DNA of 64,000 nt from Candidatus Bathyarchaeota archaeon (GTDB lineage Archaea; Thermoproteota; Bathyarchaeia; Bathyarchaeales; Bathycorpusculaceae): positions 27,290 through 91,289 of the forward strand of contig CAWCSI010000007.1 in NCBI GenBank assembly GCA_963798135.1. The letters run 5' to 3'. How positions within the stretch are numbered: the first letter of the stretch is position 1; each line of letters begins with the position of its first letter. The notes below the pieces were generated by a model. The model was not told the DNA's origin. It made no database searches and saw nothing but the letters and a program-made list of their open reading frames with translations. Both the position numbers and the translations under genes were made by a program. Positions 20,748-30,571 of the stretch are shown piece after piece.

Positions 20748-22693
20748 AGCGCATTGCAACGCTGTTACTCTTTATTTTTATTACATCCCTAATACTACCT
20801 TGCCTAACAGTCGAAGCTAGGACACGACTTATCCCCCATGAAGACCCTTCAACTACCCAAAGCAGCATTGACTCCTTCTCATTCCTTAGTCAATATGCGC
20901 AAGTATTCACCCTTATCTCATCAGAACAATATGCCAACGCAAGCAAGCTATCGCAGCAGTTAAGCCAAATTTCCGTTCCCGCAGATTTAACCTACATCTT
21001 AAACCGATATAACAATCTCACACAACAATTCATCAGTATTCTCGATGAACTACATTTAACATTGGACAATGCTTCTTTGCTTCTAGGTCAAAACCGCCTA
21101 GATGAAGCCTTAACAAATCTTAACATAGCAGGTGTTCTTGTTTCTCAAGCCCAGATTCTTCTATCCAGCTTACAAGACGCAACAACCACTCTAAGCCAGC
21201 AATTGGGTGTTTTAGCGGCTCCTGCGGAGAGCAAAGTAGCCCAAGCTTACAATTCACTTCAAAGCATACTTCAAAGACTCACAGACCTTATCAATCAATA
21301 CCATACATTGATGGAAAATATCAATTCTTACAGACAAACTAAAGCGCAACAACTTCAACCAACGACTCTAAAACTAAGCCTTAGCACTGAAAATATCGCT
21401 GTCGGAGGAAGTGTCTATGCTTCAGGTACTTTGACATCAAATGGTCAAGTTCTAGCTTACAAACAAATATCCTTACTTTTGAGCAGCGCACAAGTTGCCA
21501 GCACCACAACTGATTCAAAAGGATCATTCATGACCCTGGTTACTGTTTCTTACAATTATGTCCATGTTATGACCGCGCAAGCGCTCTATACTCCATCAGG
21601 CAGCGACGTAAACAATTTAGAATCTTCTCTTAGTCAGCCTTTAACTATTAACGTAACATTTTTTGATACCTATCTTAATGTTTCTCTCCCTACCGTCGCG
21701 TACCCTGGTTTGACTTTAAGTGTTAGCGGCTCAGTTATTTCGCAGACCGGCACTCCTCTAAGTGGAAGAACAATCAATATTCTACTTGATGACAACATAA
21801 TTAATCAAGAGCAAAGTAACTCAAACGGCATTTTTTCAATTCAAACTATCATAAACTCTCAAGAGGCTATTGGTTCACATAACATAACAATCGCTGCTGA
21901 TCCAAGCGGTATCTACGCTGGAGTTTTTCAGCAAAAAACAATTAGCATTAGACAAATGGATTCAAACGTAAATGTTCAAGTGCCATCTCTTGTATTTTTG
22001 CCATCTCAAATTCAAGTTAAAGGTACAGTACAAACTGTTTCAGGTCCTCTAAACAATGCTAACATAACCGTAGAGTTTGATTCGGCTAGTGCGGTTACGC
22101 AATCTTTGGAAAATGGAAGTTTTAACGTTAATTTCAATTTACCTTTCAATATTGGATTAGGCGGATTTCAAAACCTCAAAATAACCGTTGTGCCCCAAGA
22201 ACCATGGCAAAGCTTAGCAAAAAAGCAAACAAGCGTTTTGGCGTTAAATACTGTAGGCTTAGCCGTTGCATTAGTGTCATCAGTTTCGGTGATAGGTATT
22301 GCCTTTACGAAATTTACAAAGACCAAATCTAAAAAGGAATCAGAAATTATTATTCAAGAAAGATCCATGTCCTCAATCACAAATAACGCGAAACCTACAC
22401 CCACTTCTAACTTCCAGATTAACATTGAAGAACCCAAAGGCAAGATTTTGGAATTTTATTCGAAATCATTACAAATGGTTGAAACGGCAACAGGAATCTC
22501 ATCAAAACTGGATATGACTTTACGCGAGTTCTTGCAAGAATCTCAGCAAAAGCTCGATCCTGTTGCTTCTCAATTTAACGAGCTGACAGGACTTGCTGAA
22601 AGAGCTCTGTATTCACCTCGTATTCCAGAAGAGTCGGATGTGACGAAAGCAGAAGCATTATTGAACGAAATCAAGAAGGGGATAGAGAAATGA
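20744..22693 (+). CDS. Large membrane-anchored protein with helical and Ig-like domains and C-terminal DUF4129
   Basis: Signal peptide, PHEDP, beta-rich repeats, TM, TLREF...LTGLAERALYS. Confidence 0.75.
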   Translation: MKRIATLLLFIFITSLILPCLTVEARTRLIPHEDPSTTQSSIDSFSFLSQYAQVFTLISSEQYANASKLSQQLSQISVPADLTYILNRYNNLTQQFISILDELHLTLDNASLLLGQNRLDEALTNLNIAGVLVSQAQILLSSLQDATTTLSQQLGVLAAPAESKVAQAYNSLQSILQRLTDLINQYHTLMENINSYRQTKAQQLQPTTLKLSLSTENIAVGGSVYASGTLTSNGQVLAYKQISLLLSSAQVASTTTDSKGSFMTLVTVSYNYVHVMTAQALYTPSGSDVNNLESSLSQPLTINVTFFDTYLNVSLPTVAYPGLTLSVSGSVISQTGTPLSGRTINILLDDNIINQEQSNSNGIFSIQTIINSQEAIGSHNITIAADPSGIYAGVFQQKTISIRQMDSNVNVQVPSLVFLPSQIQVKGTVQTVSGPLNNANITVEFDSASAVTQSLENGSFNVNFNLPFNIGLGGFQNLKITVVPQEPWQSLAKKQTSVLALNTVGLAVALVSSVSVIGIAFTKFTKTKSKKESEIIIQERSMSSITNNAKPTPTSNFQINIEEPKGKILEFYSKSLQMVETATGISSKLDMTLREFLQESQQKLDPVASQFNELTGLAERALYSPRIPEESDVTKAEALLNEIKKGIEK

Positions 22694-23592
22694 AAACAAG
22701 CAAACTCTTGTTTGCCTTAACCCTAATTCTCATACTTTCGTTGACCATAATAATATGGTTCTACCCACCCAATGGCGATTTCAGGGTTGAAAATCCTTTT
22801 TGGAATGGCTTTTCCACAATAGATGCAAAAATGAAAGCTACGACAATAGAGAGTTTTAACACTCTACCAACCAATCCTTCAGGAACAACGCTTCTTCTTG
22901 TGTCCTATGAACCCTTTTCTCCTACCGAATTACACCAACTAAATAATTTTATCACAAATGGCGGAACTTTAGTTGTTCTCGACGACTATGGCTATGGTAA
23001 CCAAGTCCTAAACGCAATCCAAACAAAAATGACCTTTAGCGGCACACCGATGCTTGATCCTTTGTTTAATTATAAAAATGAACAATTTCCTTTAATAACC
23101 AACTTTGCAACAAGCCCTTTAACGGCAAACGTTGGCGAAGTTGTACTTGATCATCCAACAATCTTAACCAACACTTCAAACGCAACCGTAATTGCTTCAA
23201 CGTCAAGCTTTAGTTTTCTTGATATCAACGGTACCGGCGTCTCAACAAGCAGTGATCCAAACGGTCCATTCCCGTATGCAGCTTACCAAAAAATAGGCCA
23301 AGGCTATATTGTGGCTGTAGCTGACCCGAGCATACTGATTAATAGCATGTTAAACATGGGAAACAATTTGCAGTTCATCACTAACATAGTCAAAATAAAT
23401 GGATCCGCTCAAGTTTTCATCGACCAAGGACATTTACCCACAACTGCATTAGACACTGCAAAGGCAGGTCTTGAAATTGTCTACGTAGCTGTTTCGTCTC
23501 CAGCTGGAACGTTAAGCTTAATAGCGCTGATAATTGTGTTATCATTAATCTCCATATATCGGAAGGGTGAAGGAATTGCCAAGAAACGTTAA
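22690..23592 (+). CDS. DUF4350 / GldG-like domain protein
   Basis: NPFWNGFS, FITNGGTLVVLDDYG.GN, ADPSILINSM, IDQGH. Confidence 0.78.
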   Translation: MKTSKLLFALTLILILSLTIIIWFYPPNGDFRVENPFWNGFSTIDAKMKATTIESFNTLPTNPSGTTLLLVSYEPFSPTELHQLNNFITNGGTLVVLDDYGYGNQVLNAIQTKMTFSGTPMLDPLFNYKNEQFPLITNFATSPLTANVGEVVLDHPTILTNTSNATVIASTSSFSFLDINGTGVSTSSDPNGPFPYAAYQKIGQGYIVAVADPSILINSMLNMGNNLQFITNIVKINGSAQVFIDQGHLPTTALDTAKAGLEIVYVAVSSPAGTLSLIALIIVLSLISIYRKGEGIAKKR

Positions 23593-24520
23593 TACAGAAG
23601 AGGATATTCCTAGCAAAATCTTGGATGAATTAAACAAGGTTGTTATAGGCAAAGAAGACATAAAACAGATGCTCCTTGTAGCTTTGTTAAGCGAAGGGCA
23701 CGTTTTAATTGAAGGTTTACCCGGAACCGCCAAAACTTTGCTAGCTAAAACCTTTGCTCTAACATTAGGTGGAGAATTCAAAAGAATTCAATTTACACCA
23801 GATATGCTCCCCTCAGATGTTACTGGCTTTAACGTTTATTCACCAGACGGCCGATCACGTTTTGTAACCGGATCTATCTTCTCAAACGTAGTATTAGCTG
23901 ATGAGTTAAACCGAACAACACCTCGTACACAAGCCGCTTTACTTGAAGCAATGCAGGAAAAACAGGTTACAATTGAAGGCGCCTCTCATCCGCTACCTGA
24001 GACATTCATGGTTATTGCAAGCCAATTGCCCTATGGGTCTGAAGGCACTTATCCTTTAACTGAAGTGCAAGCCGACCGATTCATGTTTAGAGTTTGGAGC
24101 AGCTACTTAAGTAAAGAAGATGAACAACGAGTTATCTCAAAAATAGACTACATAGATAACCCTAATCTTAACGCAGTTGCCACACTTGAACAAATCGTTG
24201 AACTTCAACAGAGAGTAAAAAAAATCCATATTTCTGAGGAAGTTTCAAGCTACATAGTATCTATCATTCAACGAACACGCGAAGATCCTGATATTGCGTC
24301 AGGTCCAAGCACCCGTGCAACAGTTTCTTTATTCAAGGGCTCTCGAGCCTTAGCGTTTTTGGAAAAAAGAGATTACGTTCTTCCCGACGACGTTAAAAAG
24401 CTAGCTTTCCCAGCCCTTATCCACAGAATCCATATTAAGTCTGAAGCGGAAATGGAAAACATTACCCCTAAAATGATAGTTGATAGAGTCATTGGTGAGG
24501 TTCCGGTTCCAAAAATTTAG
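23567..24520 (+). CDS. moxR: MoxR-family AAA+ ATPase
   Basis: GHVLIEGLPGTAKT, RIQFTPDMLPSD, LADELNR, ALLEAMQE, EGTYPL.E.Q.DRF. Confidence 0.95.
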   Translation: MKELPRNVNTEEDIPSKILDELNKVVIGKEDIKQMLLVALLSEGHVLIEGLPGTAKTLLAKTFALTLGGEFKRIQFTPDMLPSDVTGFNVYSPDGRSRFVTGSIFSNVVLADELNRTTPRTQAALLEAMQEKQVTIEGASHPLPETFMVIASQLPYGSEGTYPLTEVQADRFMFRVWSSYLSKEDEQRVISKIDYIDNPNLNAVATLEQIVELQQRVKKIHISEEVSSYIVSIIQRTREDPDIASGPSTRATVSLFKGSRALAFLEKRDYVLPDDVKKLAFPALIHRIHIKSEAEMENITPKMIVDRVIGEVPVPKI

Positions 24521-24536
24521 ATGCGGATAGATGTAA

Positions 24537-26087
24537 ATGGGGCTTTTGAATGTTGGCACAATTGCCAGAATATACCTGATAATAGCCCTATTATTCACCG
24601 TTTTATTTTCTCCATTGCTTCAACTTGGGATAGCGTTAACGCTTTTGATCATTCAGCTAAACTGCAGTTACAAACCGCCAAGAGCATCTTTGAATCTTGT
24701 AGTTGTTGTTGCCACTTTAATTTTTGCACCATTAGCGTTTCAAGCTTTGGTTGGTGAAGTTTTTGGAGTGTTGCTTATAATTCCTGCTTTATTGTTGTTT
24801 GATTCAAGCCTCAAGCAGTATGCTTCCACGCAATCTTTTTCTTTTTCAAAAGTTGGAAGAACCACTACAACTGTTCTTAAAAGCTTAGCCCCTTGTTTTG
24901 GCGCTATTTTGATAGCTTCACTTATTCTATTTAATTTAACTTTAATGTTGACCGCTACTACTTTATTCATCTATCTTGCAACAGCTCTCCTTTACACTTT
25001 CAGAAAAGTGCCCCTGAATGCTTTGGACGAAAGCAAAACTTGGAGCAGAATATTGGCAGGCGAATCAGATTCTAAAACAATTAAAATAAAAAATAACAGT
25101 CAAACCCCCACCAAACTCTTCTTACAATCGACAGATTTATGGGTCAAGATAGAACCAACTATTTTAACCCCAAGTGAAAAAAGTGCAGAGATCAATCTAC
25201 AGTTTACTCCTCCTCTAGCAGGTCCATCAAAAATCTCAGTTCAAGCATCCATTGTTGACTCTCGCGGCTTAATGGTAACAAACCAACTTCTACAACCTAT
25301 GGATTTGAATATAATTCCAAGAGCCAAATACGCTAAATGGCTTGCCAACAAGTTTTTGGAACAAACATCTCAAGGAGCGGGAACGGCGACTGGTATCCCC
25401 AGATTATCCTCGAAGGCAGGCAATTTTGGCGTTGAATTTCAAGGCACTCGCCCATACCAGCCTGGTGACAGCTGGAAATCTTTTGATTGGAAACACACCT
25501 ACATGCTCAACGAGTATATTGTGAAAGAGTTTTCTGAATCCCAAGGGCATGTTGGCATAATTGTTGCTGATTTAACTGCCAAGAATGCACGAGACGCTGA
25601 TAAGCTTGCTTACAATTTAGTCATGTCAGCCTTAACGCTGGCATCCGAAGCTTTGCCTACTGCCTTGGCGGTCTATAACAGTCATGAAGTACTTGCAGCT
25701 ACCGCTCCGATAAGCCCACGGGAAGCTCTTAAGAAAACGCTTGAAGTAACCGAGAAAATTACAATCGAGGCGCCCAAAGAAAGGGTTTTGCAGCCTCTTG
25801 AAATGCGAAGACTCAAACGATCGATAAGCCAACTTCAATTGTCAAAAACTGAAACTTCTCACAAACTGAAAAGTATATTGGAGTTTGAGTCAGTGGCTAA
25901 CTTGCAAGCTGCGAAAAAAAATCCTGCAATGCAGGCATTAATGAAAACTGCTAAACTTACGCGGTCACCAGCAATAATAACGGTTGCTTCCCAAATTGGT
26001 TATGACTCAGATGCTTTACTTCTTGGTTTGGAGCAATTACATGAAAAAGGTTTTAGAACAATATTTCTAGAGAAACCCGGCTTTTAA
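24537..26087 (+). CDS. DUF58 (vWA-like) membrane protein
   Basis: GVEFQGTRPYQPGDSWKSFDWKHT...VKEF. Confidence 0.85.
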   Translation: MGLLNVGTIARIYLIIALLFTVLFSPLLQLGIALTLLIIQLNCSYKPPRASLNLVVVVATLIFAPLAFQALVGEVFGVLLIIPALLLFDSSLKQYASTQSFSFSKVGRTTTTVLKSLAPCFGAILIASLILFNLTLMLTATTLFIYLATALLYTFRKVPLNALDESKTWSRILAGESDSKTIKIKNNSQTPTKLFLQSTDLWVKIEPTILTPSEKSAEINLQFTPPLAGPSKISVQASIVDSRGLMVTNQLLQPMDLNIIPRAKYAKWLANKFLEQTSQGAGTATGIPRLSSKAGNFGVEFQGTRPYQPGDSWKSFDWKHTYMLNEYIVKEFSESQGHVGIIVADLTAKNARDADKLAYNLVMSALTLASEALPTALAVYNSHEVLAATAPISPREALKKTLEVTEKITIEAPKERVLQPLEMRRLKRSISQLQLSKTETSHKLKSILEFESVANLQAAKKNPAMQALMKTAKLTRSPAIITVASQIGYDSDALLLGLEQLHEKGFRTIFLEKPGF

Positions 26088-26150
26088 TAAAATAATGCCT
26101 CTGCTACTAATTTTCTACAGATAAGAAAAGAATTAGTGATTGATTTTTTA

Positions 26151-26921
26151 TCAGGGTGTTTTTTTATAGCTTACGGGTTGGAAACAGTAGGGGCAATGGC
26201 TGACTAGTGTTGGGTATGAGGTTGAGTAATCAAGCATCATCATTGGGGTGCTAAATTCTTTTTTGCAATGTTGGCAAATAATTTTGCCTTGGTTTATTGT
26301 CTTACTATCTTCTTTCTTAATTTCCGGCTCAACTTCCGGCTTATTTGGAGTTTTTTGAATTTCTGGAGCCTTGATTTCCGGACTAATTACTTTTTCAACT
26401 TTGGGTTGTGTTGGGGCTATTTGTGGGGCTGGGCTGGAATTAAGTTTCTTTTTTGCAGCAAGATTTGCAGCATACCTCTCCGAGTCGCTTGACATTTTAT
26501 AGGTATATGCTGATGAAGATATTTTGATTGGTATTTGAGGTGTTTTCATTGGAATTTGAATTAGCGGTAGGGTTGCCTTAATTGTTGGTTCAGATTTGAT
26601 AAGTATTTGCATTAACGGGTCGGTGGGTTTGATTGCTGCTTCTGCCGCAAGAGTTTTGGGTTTTCTAAAGTGGATGATTAATGCCAAGATGCTTATCGCA
26701 ACTGCTACCCCAATGGCTAAATAGACAACAAGAGTGTGGGCTGTTTCGTTGCTTACTATGAAAAACATTGAGAACATTGGCTGCCCAAAAAAGTTTGTTA
26801 TGATTCCAACTGCATAAAAAATCATGATGCAGGCAACTACAATTAAAGATATGAATATCTTTTGTTTTGTTGACATATTCATGAATTTTTCTTTGAAGTT
26901 GCCTTCACTCAATATTATCAC
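26151..26921 (-). CDS. Membrane-anchored protein with P/K-rich linker and C-terminal Zn ribbon
   Basis: Two TMs, FFIVSN, CQHC...CPYC. Confidence 0.7.
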   Translation of the reverse strand: MIILSEGNFKEKFMNMSTKQKIFISLIVVACIMIFYAVGIITNFFGQPMFSMFFIVSNETAHTLVVYLAIGVAVAISILALIIHFRKPKTLAAEAAIKPTDPLMQILIKSEPTIKATLPLIQIPMKTPQIPIKISSSAYTYKMSSDSERYAANLAAKKKLNSSPAPQIAPTQPKVEKVISPEIKAPEIQKTPNKPEVEPEIKKEDSKTINQGKIICQHCKKEFSTPMMMLDYSTSYPTLVSHCPYCFQPVSYKKTP

Positions 26922-27077
26922 TGGGTTTTAACTAGAAGCAAAAGTTTATTGTATTTTAGTAAATTAAGAATTATGGATTTAAAAGCAGTATTTATTATTC
27001 AGAAAATGTTTTCTTAGAAAATATTAGTTTTCAAAAAAGAAAAAAGAAAAGGCAAGAAGAATAAACTTTAGGTTGCC

Positions 27078-27731
27078 TTAAGTTTTTGTTGTGTTGGTTG
27101 ATTTGCCAGATGGCATTCCAGGAGGCAAATCTGGGAAGTTTGAGCTAACTCTTTGTTCTGCTACTACTGCTGCTTCAGCCAAGATTTTTGATGCATCTTC
27201 ATTTACATTGTCAAAGTTTAGTGACATTCCGCTGCTTGATCCTGCTTCAAACATTAAGCCGCTTAGCATGTTTCCTATGTCGCCTAGTTCGCCCTCTGCC
27301 TCAGGTAAAACTCCGCCAAGGCCTGTGCTTACACTGCGTAGTACTCCAACGCATGGTCCTAATGCAGCAACGACGTCTCCGAGTTCTGAAACTGTTCTTA
27401 TTCTTAGTGCTACTTGATCAAGTGCAAGGCGTGCATTCATGATTAGCTTTGACATTTTTCTAACTTCAGCTAATTCTGTGGCGTATATGTTGGCGTGTGC
27501 TGAATCATGGTTTGTGTAGGCTTGTACTAGTTTAGCAAACATTGTTTTGTCTTTTTGTGTAAAGCGCTCATTTGCTTGGTCTAGTTTGCTAATTTGCATG
27601 TCAAGTTTTCTGCAAGCCAAATCTAAGGCTGTTTTTAGTGGTGGCGGTGGCTGAATCGTGTCATGTATAGTTTTACCGAATGGTTCTCCTTCTCTTTTTG
27701 CTTCCCATTTTTTAGCAAATCGTTCAGACAT
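27078..27731 (-). CDS. Snf7/ESCRT-III family protein (CdvB paralog)
   Basis: ANIYATELAEVRK, LRIRTVSELGD, EDASKILAEA, C-terminal FPDLP (MIM2-like). Confidence 0.9.
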   Translation of the reverse strand: MSERFAKKWEAKREGEPFGKTIHDTIQPPPPLKTALDLACRKLDMQISKLDQANERFTQKDKTMFAKLVQAYTNHDSAHANIYATELAEVRKMSKLIMNARLALDQVALRIRTVSELGDVVAALGPCVGVLRSVSTGLGGVLPEAEGELGDIGNMLSGLMFEAGSSSGMSLNFDNVNEDASKILAEAAVVAEQRVSSNFPDLPPGMPSGKSTNTTKT

Positions 27732-27821
27732 GTTAACATCCTCTATATGGGTGATTCTGCACTATGGGCTTTTAATGGTTGCTAACATGCTGGTATATAC
27801 GTGAAACGAAAACTCACGTTT

Positions 27822-28673
27822 TTATTTAAAACTGCCAAAAATATAGGCTAACAAACCAAAAATGAACCAGATAAGAACCAGTTTTTTGATTCTTCGCGAA
27901 TTTTCACGCGAATAATTCCTTAGCAAAAGAACCGATGAGGCTACAAGCCCGATATCAGTTACTAAAACAAAGGGAATAAACCAAATTCCTACAAGATGCA
28001 AAAACCATGTTACAGGCGTCAAAGCCACGGCAGAAACATAAAAAACTACAGCAACGATTGCTGCGTTTCTTTCACCAAACCGCACGGCTAATGTCTTGAT
28101 GCCTTCGGCGCTGTCGCCTTTAACATCAACTATGCCTTTTGTGATTTCTCTGCCCGTGTTTGCTAGGAACGCCATTAAGGCGAAAAGCAAGACATTGAGT
28201 TGCAAGGCGCCTGTGACGGCGATGCTTCCGTAAATGAAGGGTATGGCTACGCATGTGCTGACTAAAAAATTTCCAGGTAACCCGCTGCGTTTTCCCACAG
28301 TAACGTAGACCACTGTTATGACCCATGCGGCTGCCGCAACTAAAAGACATAGTGCACTTGATAAGTAAGCTAAAACTAAACCAGCTATTGTAAGAGCGGC
28401 AACAAATGCTAAAGCTTCCTTGACTTTGACTAAGCCGCTTGGAATTGGGCGGGTTGGCTCGTTAACTGCGTCGATGCTTCGATCATAATAATCGTTGATT
28501 GCCATGGCGGCGCCACAAAGCAAAAAGCCTGTGAAGAAGCCAAACACTATGTTTAGCCATGTGCCTTGGAAGGGTTTTGATGATGCTAGCAATGCGCCGA
28601 CAAAAACGGCGAATCCCATCATTGCACAGTTGATTGGTCGCATTAACCTGATAAAGCCGCCAAGCTTGCTCAT
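27822..28673 (-). CDS. Digeranylgeranylglyceryl phosphate synthase (UbiA family)
   Basis: LMRPIN, INDYYDRSIDAVNEPTRPIPSG, REITKGIVDVKGD. Confidence 0.9.
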   Translation of the reverse strand: MSKLGGFIRLMRPINCAMMGFAVFVGALLASSKPFQGTWLNIVFGFFTGFLLCGAAMAINDYYDRSIDAVNEPTRPIPSGLVKVKEALAFVAALTIAGLVLAYLSSALCLLVAAAAWVITVVYVTVGKRSGLPGNFLVSTCVAIPFIYGSIAVTGALQLNVLLFALMAFLANTGREITKGIVDVKGDSAEGIKTLAVRFGERNAAIVAVVFYVSAVALTPVTWFLHLVGIWFIPFVLVTDIGLVASSVLLLRNYSRENSRRIKKLVLIWFIFGLLAYIFGSFK

Positions 28674-28829
28674 ATTATCTAACCGTTTTGCTTAAGTTGC
28701 ATCGACATATCCTATAAAAGCTTCTACTAGCTCCACAAATCGCTCAGGAACCGTTATTTCTTTCAGATTTCACCTGTGGATTTTTGGTGTGTTTCAGAAC
28801 TTTCTCAACTTTTCATTTCTTTACTCGAA

Positions 28830-28903
28830 TGACATTTTGACGTTTTTTGACGAATTAAGACCAATATTGACGGATAGTGACGTTTATTGACGGATAATGA
28901 CGT
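28830..28903. repeat. 10-bp-phased TGACG array including a 20-bp tandem repeat
   Basis: TGACG at 28838, 28848, 28868, 28878, 28888, 28898; TATTGACGGATARTGACGT twice. Confidence 0.75.
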
Positions 28904-29153
28904 ACCCTGCAAACAAATCAAGTCTCCAAACCTAAAAAGTGACGCAAAATAAACTGAACAAGAAATAGTTGTTAAGCATCAGCTTTTTTAGCATTTTCTT
29001 GTAGATTCTTGCGTTTTCTTGGGAATCCTTGCAAATTATTCCGTTATCTGCAAAGATATTAAGCTCTATATAAAAAAATCAACCCAAAACTCGAAGAAAA
29101 AAACTGCACAAGAAACACCAGTAGATCCATCTTATCTAAGCAATACTAAAAAG

Positions 29154-30008
29154 TTACAGAAGCGGAAGGATCAGAAAGCCTGTAATTAAACCGCCAGCCA
29201 ACCCCAACATGATTGGGAAGGGCAAACCTGGAAAGATGCCTTTTCGTTCAAGCATAAAGAAAGTTATAATCGAACCTGCTAAGATGCCAAAGATCGCAAC
29301 TATTGTGGGCAGAATGCTTGAGAAACTAAAGAACATAACGCCCGTTAGCATCGAGTAGAAAACTAAGTCGCCAAGTCCCATCTGGATGTCTTTAAATGAG
29401 AAACTTAGACCTTGAAGCTCATCAAGCCCTGATGACTGCGCAATTTTCCCCACTGGACCCCGATAAACCGCAATAACATCATAAATCGCAAGAAACGCCA
29501 AAATTACGACTGCACTGTATAGGGGAATAAATTTCCCAAAGAAAACGCCTAAAGCTCCTCCAATCGCTACGACCGCTATGTTTCTTGGAAGGCTGCCGAA
29601 ACGGAAAACGGCAAGGTCAAAAAGTACCGCAATAAAAATTGACAGAGGAATTAGCAGAATGCTTAAGCTTGGATAAAACGAAAATACTGTTGACAGATAA
29701 ACCAGCGCCAACAGCAAAGACGCAGTCGTCATAGCAACAACGATTAAGGTTTTGATGATTTTCTTGCTTTTTCGCTTAAGCAAAATGTAAAACAACGTCG
29801 CGCTAATAGCTACCAGAACGACAAAGTACAAGGCGTTGCCAAAGGGTCCTGCAGGCGTGTTATCTGGAATCGGAGTGATTGGCACACTATTACTGGCTTG
29901 TGGCACCAGCAAGTAAGCGCAGCCTAAACCGAAAATTAAGCTTGCCAGTATCGGAACCAAATAAATTATTTGAAACTTGAAACTATCTTCCTTAGGTTGC
30001 TCAGTCAC
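29154..30008 (-). CDS. Presenilin/SPP-family GxGD intramembrane aspartyl protease
   Basis: AIYDVIAV, MGLGDLVFYS, PGLP. Confidence 0.92.
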   Translation of the reverse strand: MTEQPKEDSFKFQIIYLVPILASLIFGLGCAYLLVPQASNSVPITPIPDNTPAGPFGNALYFVVLVAISATLFYILLKRKSKKIIKTLIVVAMTTASLLLALVYLSTVFSFYPSLSILLIPLSIFIAVLFDLAVFRFGSLPRNIAVVAIGGALGVFFGKFIPLYSAVVILAFLAIYDVIAVYRGPVGKIAQSSGLDELQGLSFSFKDIQMGLGDLVFYSMLTGVMFFSFSSILPTIVAIFGILAGSIITFFMLERKGIFPGLPFPIMLGLAGGLITGFLILPLL

Positions 30009-30013
30009 GTTGC

Positions 30014-30562
30014 TTACCCTAAATTGCTAATAGCTAACGACGCTTGCAAATAACATTGGTCGCACAATAAGCTTTGCTTTTTATCAGTGTCAAAAATAGA
30101 ATTCGAAAAATGCATAGCACAAAAATTCCTCGGGCAATGCACCACACCCAACGTGTGCCCTAACTCATGAACCGCTTCCTTCAAGGTTCTCAACTTAAAG
30201 ACAGCTGGAGCAGCATTTTCATGGTAAAACCCGGGTCTAAGCCTCCACAAAGAAACCAAACCAACCCTTCCCCCAACATCTGCTTCACCAAAAACATAAT
30301 TCAAACCAGACAAAAAAACATCAACATCAACCAAACCCAAAACCCGATGAAACCTCTCGTTAGCCGCAAAAAATCTCAAATCACTAAGAATTACACTTGA
30401 ATTGTATTGATTACGTTTCTTATCAAAAGCCTGTTTAGAAAGGCTCAAAGGATCTTTAACTACTGAGCACTTGGTATCTGGATAGATCTTTTCTATGCCT
30501 TGCCCAAGCTCAACTAAGACATCTGGCGCTATTTCACCAACAGGCAAGATTCCTACTTTCAT
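30014..30562 (-). CDS. amzA: Archaemetzincin Zn-dependent protease
   Basis: HELGHTLGVVHCP..CAMHFSN...D.K...C..C. Confidence 0.92.
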   Translation of the reverse strand: MKVGILPVGEIAPDVLVELGQGIEKIYPDTKCSVVKDPLSLSKQAFDKKRNQYNSSVILSDLRFFAANERFHRVLGLVDVDVFLSGLNYVFGEADVGGRVGLVSLWRLRPGFYHENAAPAVFKLRTLKEAVHELGHTLGVVHCPRNFCAMHFSNSIFDTDKKQSLLCDQCYLQASLAISNLG

Positions 30563-30571
30563 GGCAAAAGC

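Noticed and set aside
28830-28903. CRISPR array or ORB-type replication origin
   Set aside because: The repeats are 5-bp cores with a 10-bp period and no spacers. There is no cas or cdc6 gene and no TTCCAGTGGAAAC-like ORB consensus.
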